Below the pieces are notes generated by a model. It was given only the letters and a program-made list of their open reading frames with translations. It did no database searches and had not been told where the DNA came from. DNA of 57,535 nucleotides, taken from positions 1 through 57,535 of the IMG/VR virus record IMGVR_UViG_2974546594_000001, one strand, 5' to 3'. Positions 43,501 to 52,046 of this stretch are shown in pieces. How positions within the stretch are numbered: position 1 is the stretch's first letter; each line of letters begins with the position of its first letter. Position numbers and translations under genes: made by a program. This DNA is from a virus. Taxonomy: Duplodnaviria; Heunggongvirae; Uroviricota; Caudoviricetes; Ackermannviridae.

Positions 43501-45365
43501 CATATACATACACGGACAAAACAACCACGACCATGACTGGTGAACAGATTGTGGAGACGCAAGTTATCCCATACATGCGCGAGATCGATATTTCTTTCGA
43601 CGCATCTGGGCTGCGACCTTTCACTCGTATGTATGCGTTCTTCTCTGGTCGTGACGTCAATCTGTATTGCAAACCGAATGGTGGTAATTTCGGTGACCCA
43701 ATCACCACTGATGCCAATGGTGCTGTTAAAGGTATATTCCGCGTTCCACAGAACGATACAATCAAGTTCAACACAGGCGACAACGTGTTCCGCTTAACGG
43801 ATAGCCCTGTTGACAGTAAATCTGCGGATGATACACTGACCAATGCAGAAATTGTTCATAAATCTTTCGGTAAGAAACAAGGTATTCAAAAGACCTTTGT
43901 CAACACTCGTGTCCTGGGTTACACTGCTAGTACTCGCACCGAAACCAGCACTTCTGAAGTTGTGGTCGACCAATGGCGTGATCCGATTGCCCAATCGTTT
44001 ATGGTAGCGACTAAGAATGGCGGCGAGTATATTGAAGGCGTGGAAGTATTCTTCTCTACCAAGTCACGTGATGTTCCGATCACTCTGGAAATTCGCGAGA
44101 TGGAGAATGGCTTACCTTCTCATACAGTCATTACTCGTAAAACTTTGAACCCGTCTGAAGTGACGATCTCTACAGACTCTTCCGGCGGTACGAAGTTCAC
44201 CTTTGATTATCCGGTGTATCTGCAAGCATCGACTGAGTTTGCTATCGTTTTGTTGGCGAATACTCAGGATTACAACGCGTATATCGCGGAAATGGGCAAG
44301 AAAAACCTTCTGTCCAACGAATATATCGCCAAACAACCGTATACAGGGGTGTTCTTCACTTCTTCAAACGGTTCTACATGGTCTCCAAACCAAATGGCTG
44401 ATATGAAATTCCGCATATATCGTTGTAACTTCGCTGCGGGACAGAACGTTGTAACATTTGATCCGAAGCTCGGGCCAAAACAACGTCCGTTGGGATTGAA
44501 CACTCTGAACTGCGTAAGCGGGTCTTCTGTTGTGACTGTGTTTGCACCTGGTCATGGTTTGGTTGCTGGGAACAATGTCACTCTTTCTGAATTGACAGGC
44601 GGTTGTGGCTTTACTCCTGAACAACTTAACAAAACGTTTACTGTGACAGATGCGAGCTATACTTCATTCAAGATTGACGTCGGTACGGCAGCAGACAGCA
44701 ATGGACAAATCGGTGGAGATAATGCTTCTTTCTTGGGCAATTATCTGGTTGATATGTTCTATGCCAGCGTTACCAATTCGGCTCTGGAAGGTTCAATTCT
44801 GAAATTGGAATACCGTTATCGCGATGCCACTTCAAATTCTATGTCTGATTGGGCTGAGTTTGAAACTGACACTGACGTGGCATTGCCGACTGAAGGTATC
44901 TATCGTCAGGTCGGGGATTTCCAAATCCGAGCCACCATGACGCGTAGTGAAAACAACGTGTACACTGCTCCAATGATTGATGGCGATGACCTGAGCGTAA
45001 TCTTCAACTCATACGGTGTGGATCCATTTGAAGATGTCTTCAAATACGTGACAAAGGACATCGGATTTGATAATCCGTGTTCTACTGTGAAGTTGTTCTT
45101 TGGTGCAATGCTCCCATCTCAGTCTTCGATGAAGGTGCAGGTGAAACTTCTACGAGCAGGGCAAGAGATGGATAGTGTGGCTTGGGAAGACGTCACCCCA
45201 ACTTCGCCTCTGGTTAACGACGGTTCCACATTCTTTGAATATGAATACGACAAGACTGTGGCAAGCAACAATCCGTTCGTTGGACTAAAAGTCAGAGCAC
45301 TTGTAAGGGGGAACCGCGTTGCTCCTCCTTCATTCAAAGACTTCCGTCTTATTGCTCTGGCATAA
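40527..45365 (+). CDS. vrlC: Large baseplate protein, VrlC/VriC-like (1612 aa)
   Basis: PYWDD..K.F.RILFRP..VQTRELNQMQ, APGAHRLRI, DPIAQSF; position after the TSP cluster; CTAAATA at 40487. Confidence 0.85.
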   Translation: MQSTNLNRRPYWDDWNPGKRFSRILFRPMPIKVQTRELNQMQTILQDQIEKLGNHLFKDGSMVIPGGLTITNAAVSLKFTLAGGTEFTDLEGISELYVLGKDNNAKARVLSLERDLSAPDTMLAILEMTEAGNADGFHVNDNLYFQTYDVNDNFIRIGYGIAAAVTGSIVARMTKGVYFIRGMFLDVDDATLIVDKTSNTSSHRVGFKVTETIVTESEDESLYSNAQGTINSKAPGAHRLRIDLVLSRFDYDAVVEDFVELAKVRDGKIQSMVTQSTYNILEDTLAQRTYETNGDYNVSTHQIDIREHLKVNNNGGVFNAADGGDESKFVSVMKPGISYVRGRRIENVGEELVIVDKARDTDVLNNTPVAVATGNYLVTKNSKGVPVISRTVRYKLLNASGVAQATALCISAERSSTEFRLYMRDLVVTGDASTITKVSYEESGITMFSAELESNQFNQSSMIDLIFSLPVFGVKTLAPTGSVDINYTVLRTYKVTLDNSGAGSISAPLGYSFSPEFSLYSAAKSDGSEAQFDISGSLSLTGSPVGSALQISLGSGNANQSINLLALMIRTTATIKTKTITETTETVTFTSQTSRPLANHDGWKLVSVKNDTGADVTSSFVLDGGQRDAGYYKSNLLSSAGAISGTYTVVYQYFAHSSGDFFSADSYTSMDYKDIPNYTSSTSGAVYGLADSLDFRPKITNGTSDTDMVRPNTAVILDTEYYLPRIDAIYLADNGVFGVARGISSNNLASPAIPANAMRLYELLIPPYTPNIDDIQIRTIDNRRYTMRDIGKLETRISNVEYYTSLSQLESSAMTQQVFDPITGNPRFKNGIAADPFKDFRLIDDLSEDWMGSIDTENGRLRPFVQQNVVDMTPVGWNKVMDGMVVCNYTPEISVNQEYATTTINVNPYAVFNWEGFLKINPTTDYWFENYYVAPRIINETINTRGTVQEGSVYGTWRTVSVSDRVWEPHGAGGVWWGYRYRTTVSARDVTTYTYTDKTTTTMTGEQIVETQVIPYMREIDISFDASGLRPFTRMYAFFSGRDVNLYCKPNGGNFGDPITTDANGAVKGIFRVPQNDTIKFNTGDNVFRLTDSPVDSKSADDTLTNAEIVHKSFGKKQGIQKTFVNTRVLGYTASTRTETSTSEVVVDQWRDPIAQSFMVATKNGGEYIEGVEVFFSTKSRDVPITLEIREMENGLPSHTVITRKTLNPSEVTISTDSSGGTKFTFDYPVYLQASTEFAIVLLANTQDYNAYIAEMGKKNLLSNEYIAKQPYTGVFFTSSNGSTWSPNQMADMKFRIYRCNFAAGQNVVTFDPKLGPKQRPLGLNTLNCVSGSSVVTVFAPGHGLVAGNNVTLSELTGGCGFTPEQLNKTFTVTDASYTSFKIDVGTAADSNGQIGGDNASFLGNYLVDMFYASVTNSALEGSILKLEYRYRDATSNSMSDWAEFETDTDVALPTEGIYRQVGDFQIRATMTRSENNVYTAPMIDGDDLSVIFNSYGVDPFEDVFKYVTKDIGFDNPCSTVKLFFGAMLPSQSSMKVQVKLLRAGQEMDSVAWEDVTPTSPLVNDGSTFFEYEYDKTVASNNPFVGLKVRALVRGNRVAPPSFKDFRLIALA

Positions 45366-45417
45366 ATAATGTTGAAAGGTGGGCGTAAAGCCCACCAAAC
45401 CAATAGAGGATAAAGAT

Positions 45418-45666
45418 ATGCGTGGAGTGAAAGTACAGGGGCACGCATCCATGTTGAGAAGCAGTTCTTGCCCTGGCGCGATTATTTGCACCGATCACGC
45501 CGCTGGCATGGCTGCATTGCAAGCCCGTCAACGCAATGAAACCCGTGAAGCCACCATTGTTGAACAATCAAACCAGATATCTAATCTGGAGGCGACAATC
45601 AAAATGATGGCCGAAAAGTTGGGGATCGAAATCCCCGAAGGAGGTCAGAATGGCGACGCAAGCTGA
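45418..45666 (+). CDS. Hypothetical coiled-coil protein (82 aa)
   Basis: GAGGA SD before MRGV; GAII..D motif seen after VrlC genes. Confidence 0.65.
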   Translation: MRGVKVQGHASMLRSSSCPGAIICTDHAAGMAALQARQRNETREATIVEQSNQISNLEATIKMMAEKLGIEIPEGGQNGDAS

Positions 45667-45991
45667 AAGAACGGGGCTTGACATCCGTGGTATCTTAACC
45701 GCTGTCGTGGCTTCTGCATTGGTCTCGGCAGCATCGTTCCTTTGGTTCATGGGCGGGATGGAAACGCGCGTGAATGTATTGGAACGAGATTCCAACAAGA
45801 TGGATCAAGTTCTTCAGAAAGTGAATGACATGAGTGAACGTATGGCGATCATGAATACTGACCTCGCATATGTCAAACAAAACATGGCTGAGTTAAAACT
45901 CAATAGCAGCAGTCTTTCAGATGATGTTCGCACACTGCGGATTACTGTATCTGATTTGCAGCAAAAGGGGAATAACAATGGCCGTCAATAA
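45650..45991 (+). CDS. TM-anchored coiled-coil protein (113 aa)
   Basis: GGAGG SD; one TM then heptads. Confidence 0.65.
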   Translation: MATQAERTGLDIRGILTAVVASALVSAASFLWFMGGMETRVNVLERDSNKMDQVLQKVNDMSERMAIMNTDLAYVKQNMAELKLNSSSLSDDVRTLRITVSDLQQKGNNNGRQ

Positions 45992-46730
45992 GATTCGAGA
46001 CAAAAAATCTTTTATGAATTATGTCTTGCGTAAATTGGGCGCTCCTGTGATCCAAATTAACCTTGACAGTTCACAAGTCGAAGATGCAGTCGATGATGCT
46101 CTGCAGAAATTTTGGGAATATCATCGTGATGGTAGCCAAGATGCGTTCTTCCTGTACCAAGTTAAACAAGAAGATATCGACAAGGGATATATAGAATTCC
46201 CCGATGATATTGACGATGTGATTGAAGTTATCCCTGGACCTCCTATTGAGTCAATCGGAAACTGGGCAACTCCTCAATGGCAAATGGCTCAAGCAATGCT
46301 TGTCCCCAAAGCAGCGCTGGTTTCTATTCGTCTCATTGATTATGTTTCCATGCAACAACGTCTGTCGGATATCACAAGCGTCTTAAATGTTCGCCGTAAT
46401 TTTGTGTACAAGAAGTTCCAGCGACGCCTTTACCCGCAGTTTGCTGCCATTGTTGATGAAACTCTGGCTTTTCGTTGTTATCAAAATATCGACCCCGAAT
46501 CGGAAGAAAACGCTGAAGCATGGAATGATATGTGGTTGAAAGCGTATGCGACTGCATTGGTCAAGCGCCGTTGGGCAGAGGTGCTTAAGAAGGCAAGAGG
46601 CATCCGTCTCCCTGGTGGTATCGAACTGGATGGTGATAGTATGTTCAGTGAGGCCGAGACCGAGATAGAGCGGTTGGAGGAAGAATTGCGTACTGGTCAG
46701 CAATACCCTATCGATTTTATGATGGGATAA
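45978..46730 (+). CDS. 13: Neck protein (T4 gp13-like)
   Basis: LRKLGAPVIQINL..Q.ED.VDDAL, WLKAYATALVK..W, LPGGIELDG. Confidence 0.92.
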   Translation: MAVNKIRDKKSFMNYVLRKLGAPVIQINLDSSQVEDAVDDALQKFWEYHRDGSQDAFFLYQVKQEDIDKGYIEFPDDIDDVIEVIPGPPIESIGNWATPQWQMAQAMLVPKAALVSIRLIDYVSMQQRLSDITSVLNVRRNFVYKKFQRRLYPQFAAIVDETLAFRCYQNIDPESEENAEAWNDMWLKAYATALVKRRWAEVLKKARGIRLPGGIELDGDSMFSEAETEIERLEEELRTGQQYPIDFMMG

Positions 46731-46732
46731 GA

Positions 46733-46759
46733 GAAGGCGGGATAACCCGCCTTTCTTTT
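46733..46759. terminator. Bidirectional terminator
   Basis: AAGGCGGG-ATAA-CCCGCCTT-TCTTTTT. Confidence 0.75.
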
Positions 46760-46971
46760 TATAACTTGATGTCGCGTCCGGAAGGATCTGAATTTGCTAG
46801 AATATAACCATCAACCACGTTCTTTTCGTCCCACCATTCAATAAAATCATTACCCTTTTCGTCTTTGATAAGACCCACAATGTTATATGAACCATCGGCG
46901 ATTTTAGCATCTACACAGATAATTCTCACACGCCTTCCGTCACGAGTTTCTTTAATATCTTCAACATTCAT
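46759..46971 (-). CDS. Hypothetical protein (70 aa)
   Basis: TRDGRRVRIICVD motif; GAGGA SD. Confidence 0.65.
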   Translation of the reverse strand: MNVEDIKETRDGRRVRIICVDAKIADGSYNIVGLIKDEKGNDFIEWWDEKNVVDGYILANSDPSGRDIKL

Positions 46972-47002
46972 TTATCAATTCCTCAAAAGAATTAATGATT
47001 GA

Positions 47003-47719
47003 CTAAATACCTTCAAAGGTATTTCTGATAAATTCGATAATTCTACTTTCATGTTTAAACCATTCAGTCGCACCGTCAAATCCCTCGTAACCCATACTAA
47101 TTGACATCACATGAGCCTTTCTTTCCATTTCTAACACGAATTGCCCATCATTTGACTTAAAAACTTCCAGGACATTGAATTCAAATGGAGTTGATCTTCT
47201 TAAAGATTTAAATCTATTATTTGGTGAATTGGATATCCCGATTTTCATACAGCCTTCTTCGCTGGACAATATGTACAAATAACCGACTTTAAAAGGATTG
47301 TATCCAGAAGTCGCGCAGTAGGGGCACCAACTTTTACTATTCACCAAATTACCGTATCTTGACTCCCAACGATGTCCTTCTGAACATTCCATGAGGCAAA
47401 CTGTCACATTATCTTTATACTTTCCACCAATAAATTCTATGAATTTACCGCCGTTGGTTTCAGCATGGTCAGCTATTCTCTTTTTAGATCCTTGCTGGGT
47501 ATTTCTCTTGTTACCATTACATGTTGGACACCAACTGCCTTTATTGATCAAATTTCCATAAGATGCTGAACTCCATTGATGTCCTTCACCGCACTGTAAT
47601 ATACATTTTGTCTGATTAGTGATAAATTTACCACCAACGAATCCCTGGAACAAACCACCTTTAGATAAGGCATATTTGTAAAGATTTTGAATAGCAGTTT
47701 CTTCCGTCAGGACGATCAT
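47003..47719 (-). mobile_element. Homing endonuclease-like: two zinc-ribbon repeats + GIY-YIG/T5orf172-like domain
   Basis: C.EGH.W...Y.NL...SWCP.C x2; YLYIL..MKIGIS..P..RF..L. Confidence 0.75.
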
Positions 47720-47777
47720 ATTGATTCACCTTAAAAACAAATTCAACTAAATATATTTAAATCTTGAGGAAAATATT

Positions 47778-48419
47778 ATGGCTACTTCTCGATACTTCAA
47801 TTACACAGCACACCAAGGTACTCAAAAATTAATTGATGACTTGGTGGTCGAGATGATACAATTGCGTGGGATTGACGTCAAGTATATCCCACGTTCTATT
47901 GTTGAAAAATACCCAATTTTAAACGAGGCCGAACACAAATTCGACCAAGCGTTTGACATCGAAGTGTATATGCAGGATTATCAAGGCTTCAACACACAGA
48001 TGTGGGAAAAGTTCGGCGGTATCCAATTACAAGATGAAGTGACATTCACTATTGCTCGTCGTCGTTTTTCAGAAGTTATTGGTAATGGTCCAGGCCTTGA
48101 ACAAATGCCTCAAGAAGGTGATTTGATATATCTGCCTATGGCTAACAAAATATTTAAAGTGAATAACCCGAATAACGATGAAGAATTCATGCAATTTGGG
48201 AAATGGTACACATATTCCCTACCATGTACGTTGTTCCAATACGGTAACGAAGATTTCGATACAGGTGTATCTGAAATAGACGATATCGATAAACGATTGC
48301 AGGATCTGGAAGGAGACGGTGTGTACAAAGACGCCAGCCTGCAAACGGATAACCAATTTGCGGACGAAATAGAGAAAGATCTTTCGCCCAATAAAATGAA
48401 GATAGACTTCGGGGAATAA
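47778..48419 (+). CDS. 14: Neck protein (T4 gp14-like)
   Basis: Q.LIDDLVVE.IQ.RG.DV.YIPR, P.EGDLIYLP; CTAAATA at 47747. Confidence 0.92.
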   Translation: MATSRYFNYTAHQGTQKLIDDLVVEMIQLRGIDVKYIPRSIVEKYPILNEAEHKFDQAFDIEVYMQDYQGFNTQMWEKFGGIQLQDEVTFTIARRRFSEVIGNGPGLEQMPQEGDLIYLPMANKIFKVNNPNNDEEFMQFGKWYTYSLPCTLFQYGNEDFDTGVSEIDDIDKRLQDLEGDGVYKDASLQTDNQFADEIEKDLSPNKMKIDFGE

Positions 48420-48421
48420 TC

Positions 48422-49120
48422 ATGGCCAGACCATTTGAAAAATATTTCTATCATGAATCATTGTTGAAATACATACATGTGTTCAACGCTATCATGTCAG
48501 ATTTAAAAGTCAAAACCGAACGTGGCTTGATGGAAATCCCGCTGCATATGGCCATTGGCCGCCGTAATGACCTCAACAGGAACGTGCCAGCCAATATGCT
48601 GCCATTTGCAACAATGTCCTTTGGTCAGTTCGAAATCAATAAACAGGTGACGAAGTCATACCACAACCAAATATCGACCGCTACGGCACGGTCCAAACAA
48701 CGCATTCCGATCATTATAGATTTTGAATACAATATCAGAACTAAAAAATTGGTCGAAATGTTGCAAGTATTAGAACAAATTTATTCTGTGTTCACTCCTT
48801 CTATTGATTGTCAGATAAAAGACAACGATACTTTATCTCAAGATCAGAACGTGAAGATAATGTTGGTAAATCACACGATTTCTGACAACTGGGAAGGAGA
48901 CGCAACAGAATCACCACACATAGATTGTTCATTCAATTTTCAATTACATGGTCACATCTATGGAGAAGATTATTGGGTTGATGATGGTTCGGGCGGTGGG
49001 GATCCAAACGTCATCAAAGAGATAATTATTGAAATGTCTAATGATTTGAACATGCCATGGTCGGAACTTCCTGAATGGTTCCGAGTTGATAAAGACGGCA
49101 TACATCATCCGGAGGATTGA
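48422..49120 (+). CDS. 15: Tail sheath stabiliser / tail terminator (T4 gp15-like)
   Basis: YFYHES, Q.LEQI...FTP; synteny. Confidence 0.85.
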   Translation: MARPFEKYFYHESLLKYIHVFNAIMSDLKVKTERGLMEIPLHMAIGRRNDLNRNVPANMLPFATMSFGQFEINKQVTKSYHNQISTATARSKQRIPIIIDFEYNIRTKKLVEMLQVLEQIYSVFTPSIDCQIKDNDTLSQDQNVKIMLVNHTISDNWEGDATESPHIDCSFNFQLHGHIYGEDYWVDDGSGGGDPNVIKEIIIEMSNDLNMPWSELPEWFRVDKDGIHHPED

Positions 49121-49122
49121 TC

Positions 49123-49803
49123 ATGAGCAATATGTCAGAAAGGTTACTCGCCACACTTGATGCGGTGACTGCCCGAGACGAAGTTGGGAAGGAGGCAATG
49201 GAGGCTGTCGCCCCTCGTCCAGGTATTGACTTCGATGAAAATACAGGTGAATGGTTTGGTGAACGTCCGGAAGGGTATCAGCCGATTCCTGAACCGCCTT
49301 CATTGGAGGATATTGCTTCCAAGGAATCCAAAGTACCTGAGTTTGCGGACACTGATGCTACAACGGATTACAAACGGATACGCGACACAACATATGCCAT
49401 GCAAGAAGCCACAATGTTCATGATGGGACAAGCCGCTAAATTGGCTGCATCCACAGAAGCTCCGCGAGCATTTTCTGTTTTCCGTGAATTGGGTGAACTC
49501 ATGCGAGGTCTGAATAAAGACTTGATGGAAAACCAGAAAACCATCAAGGCAGTAACAGGTGATAAAGAACCACCTGTTGATGACACGACAGTGGATGTTA
49601 CAACTTCACCAGACGGAACAACAACAGTATCGGTTGGGAAAAAGGCGCGATCTTCTCGCGATTTATTGAAGACGATCGAAGATGCACGCCGCCGCGCTGA
49701 AGAAAGAGCACAAGCAAAGGCCGCACAACAACCAGAAGATGAAATCATTGATGGTGAAACAGTTGATGTGAAGGAAGAAGACGATGGCGTATCAGAAGCG
49801 TGA
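49123..49803 (+). CDS. 16: Terminase small subunit (gp16)
   Basis: DY...R, PRAFSVF.EL, SSRDLLK; precedes gp17. Confidence 0.8.
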   Translation: MSNMSERLLATLDAVTARDEVGKEAMEAVAPRPGIDFDENTGEWFGERPEGYQPIPEPPSLEDIASKESKVPEFADTDATTDYKRIRDTTYAMQEATMFMMGQAAKLAASTEAPRAFSVFRELGELMRGLNKDLMENQKTIKAVTGDKEPPVDDTTVDVTTSPDGTTTVSVGKKARSSRDLLKTIEDARRRAEERAQAKAAQQPEDEIIDGETVDVKEEDDGVSEA

Positions 49804-51994
49804 TATAGAATATGCCCCAATTAAAACGGGGTTCAAAATAGACGATGTGAAATTGCGTATGGACCAAACGTTCATGCGCAAACCTTCTGTGCGTGCTCCT
49901 CGAGTCGAGTTAATGCTGACAGATGAACAAGAAGACGAATTCGTTGAATGTTCTATGGATGCACACTACTTCGCCGCCAACTATTACAAGATAACCACGA
50001 TCGATAAGGGCTTTATCCTTTTCGATATGCATGATTATCAGAAGCAGTTGTTCCACGACTTTCAGGACTATCGATTTAATGCGGTCGTCCAGGCTCGTCA
50101 GTCCGGAAAATGTGTAAAAGGCGACACGCTTGTCACAGTTTACGATACTCTCAGCCAAGAGGAGTTGCTCCTGACTATAGGGGAGCTTCACAGCCGCTTC
50201 GAGGACGTCAACCACGCTGTGCCGCTGAATACCATTGGCAACCATGACAAGTTCGTGGACAGCCGCTTCGGCAAACGTTACTTTGTACAATCCGATAGTG
50301 GCTGGGTTCCGGTTATCGCAGCGCATAAGACGAAGAAATATGCGGAATTCGTTATTGTCACCGTTACCGGAAGGCGAATTAACGTGGCCGATGAACATAT
50401 GTTCTTCACTCCGGACATGAAGGAGATATTTGCCAAAGACCTGAATGCTGGGTCATACATCATGACGACAGAAGGTCCAGAAGAAATCCGTGAGATTTGG
50501 CAGACTGGTGAATATCACCATATGTACGATCTTCAGGTCAAATCTAGTGATCAACGTTATTACACGAATGGCTTTCTCAGTCATAACACGACCGTGGTGG
50601 CGGCGTTTCTTCTTTGGTATGCGATGTTCCATTCTGATAAGGAAATCGCAGTACTGGCAAACAAAGAGAAACAAGCGATAGAAATTCTTGACCGTATCAG
50701 AAAAGCATACCAAGACCTTCCATTCTTCCTTCAGCAGGGTTGTGAGAAGTTTGGTTCTACCCTGATAGAGTTTGAGAATGGTTCTAAGATATACGCTTAT
50801 GCCACGTCTTCGGACTCCATCCGTGGTCGTTCTGTATCGCTCTTGTACGTTGACGAAGTCGCGTTTATCGAAAACGACTTTGAATTTTGGGAATCAACTT
50901 TCCCAGCCATTGCATCTGCCGATACATCACGCTGTATTTTGACAAGTACTCCGAAAGGCCAGCGAGGGTTGTTCTATGATATTGTCACCAAAGCAGATCC
51001 GCGCCATCCACAATACAACGACTTCCACCTAACTGAAGTCCCATGGTATAAGGTTCCGGCATATACCAAAGATCCAGATTGGGAAACCAAACAACGTGCC
51101 CGTCTGGGGGATGCTCGTTTCGATCAAGAATTTGGCATTAAGTTCCGTGGTTCCGTGGGTTCATTGATTCCGGCCAAATGCTTAGATAAAATGACGTCCA
51201 AGTTGTATCGGGAACCTAATGAATTCACCAAGATTTATAAGGAATACGACCCACAACGTCTCTACTTTGGGATTGCGGACACTGGGAAGGGGGTGGAAGG
51301 AGATTATTCCGTCTTAACAATTCTGGATATAACTGAATATCCGCATGTCATAGCAGCCAAGTACAGGAATAACACGATACCTCCTATGATGTATGCATAC
51401 ACGATAGCTGATATGTGCACCGAATACGGGGAATGTCCTGTCCTTGTTGAAACAAACAACGACGTCGGCGGTCAGGTTATTACAATTCTTTATCAAGAGA
51501 TAGAATATCCAGAAATCATATTCACATCAACAGATAACAAAGGGACGGGGAAACGGATTGGTGGACGTAAACCGGAACCTGGTATCAATACCAACAGAAA
51601 AGTCCGATCTATCGGTTGTGCTAACCTGAAAGCGCTCATTGAGAAAGAAATGTTGGTGATAGAAGACCAGGACACGATAGATGAACTCAGTACATTTGTG
51701 TTCAAAGGCGCTCGGTATGAAGCCGATGACGGTTGTCACGATGACTGTGTCATGCCGTTGGTCTTATATTCATGGGCGGTAAAACAAGAATGGTTCAGTG
51801 ACTTGACATCTACAAGTATTTCTCAGGACATGAGAAACCGAATGTCTTCAACTGAATCCCAGCAGGTATTCCCATTTGGCGGTTTAGTCGTTGGAGACAC
51901 CCCATCTGGAACTGAGCATCTCCCTGGGTTCGGTGGTGTTCAAGTCTTCGACGAACGTTCAGGGATGACAATGGACGAGTGGTTTAAGAATTGA
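49784..51994 (+). CDS. 17: Terminase large subunit (gp17) with intein
   Basis: RQSGK|T Walker A, RG.S..LLYVDEVAF, STPKG, DTGKG..GDYS, HDDCVM. Confidence 0.96.
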   Translation: MAYQKRDIEYAPIKTGFKIDDVKLRMDQTFMRKPSVRAPRVELMLTDEQEDEFVECSMDAHYFAANYYKITTIDKGFILFDMHDYQKQLFHDFQDYRFNAVVQARQSGKCVKGDTLVTVYDTLSQEELLLTIGELHSRFEDVNHAVPLNTIGNHDKFVDSRFGKRYFVQSDSGWVPVIAAHKTKKYAEFVIVTVTGRRINVADEHMFFTPDMKEIFAKDLNAGSYIMTTEGPEEIREIWQTGEYHHMYDLQVKSSDQRYYTNGFLSHNTTVVAAFLLWYAMFHSDKEIAVLANKEKQAIEILDRIRKAYQDLPFFLQQGCEKFGSTLIEFENGSKIYAYATSSDSIRGRSVSLLYVDEVAFIENDFEFWESTFPAIASADTSRCILTSTPKGQRGLFYDIVTKADPRHPQYNDFHLTEVPWYKVPAYTKDPDWETKQRARLGDARFDQEFGIKFRGSVGSLIPAKCLDKMTSKLYREPNEFTKIYKEYDPQRLYFGIADTGKGVEGDYSVLTILDITEYPHVIAAKYRNNTIPPMMYAYTIADMCTEYGECPVLVETNNDVGGQVITILYQEIEYPEIIFTSTDNKGTGKRIGGRKPEPGINTNRKVRSIGCANLKALIEKEMLVIEDQDTIDELSTFVFKGARYEADDGCHDDCVMPLVLYSWAVKQEWFSDLTSTSISQDMRNRMSSTESQQVFPFGGLVVGDTPSGTEHLPGFGGVQVFDERSGMTMDEWFKN
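50111..50587 (+). mobile_element. 159-aa mini-intein in the terminase Walker A
   Basis: Starts CVKGDT after GK; ends YYTNGFLSHN; +1 residue Thr; no LAGLIDADG. Confidence 0.92.
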
Positions 51995-52046
51995 TCACTA
52001 AATATCTTTCAAATTGAGCGAAACTCTACCGAGAAGGAATGATATT

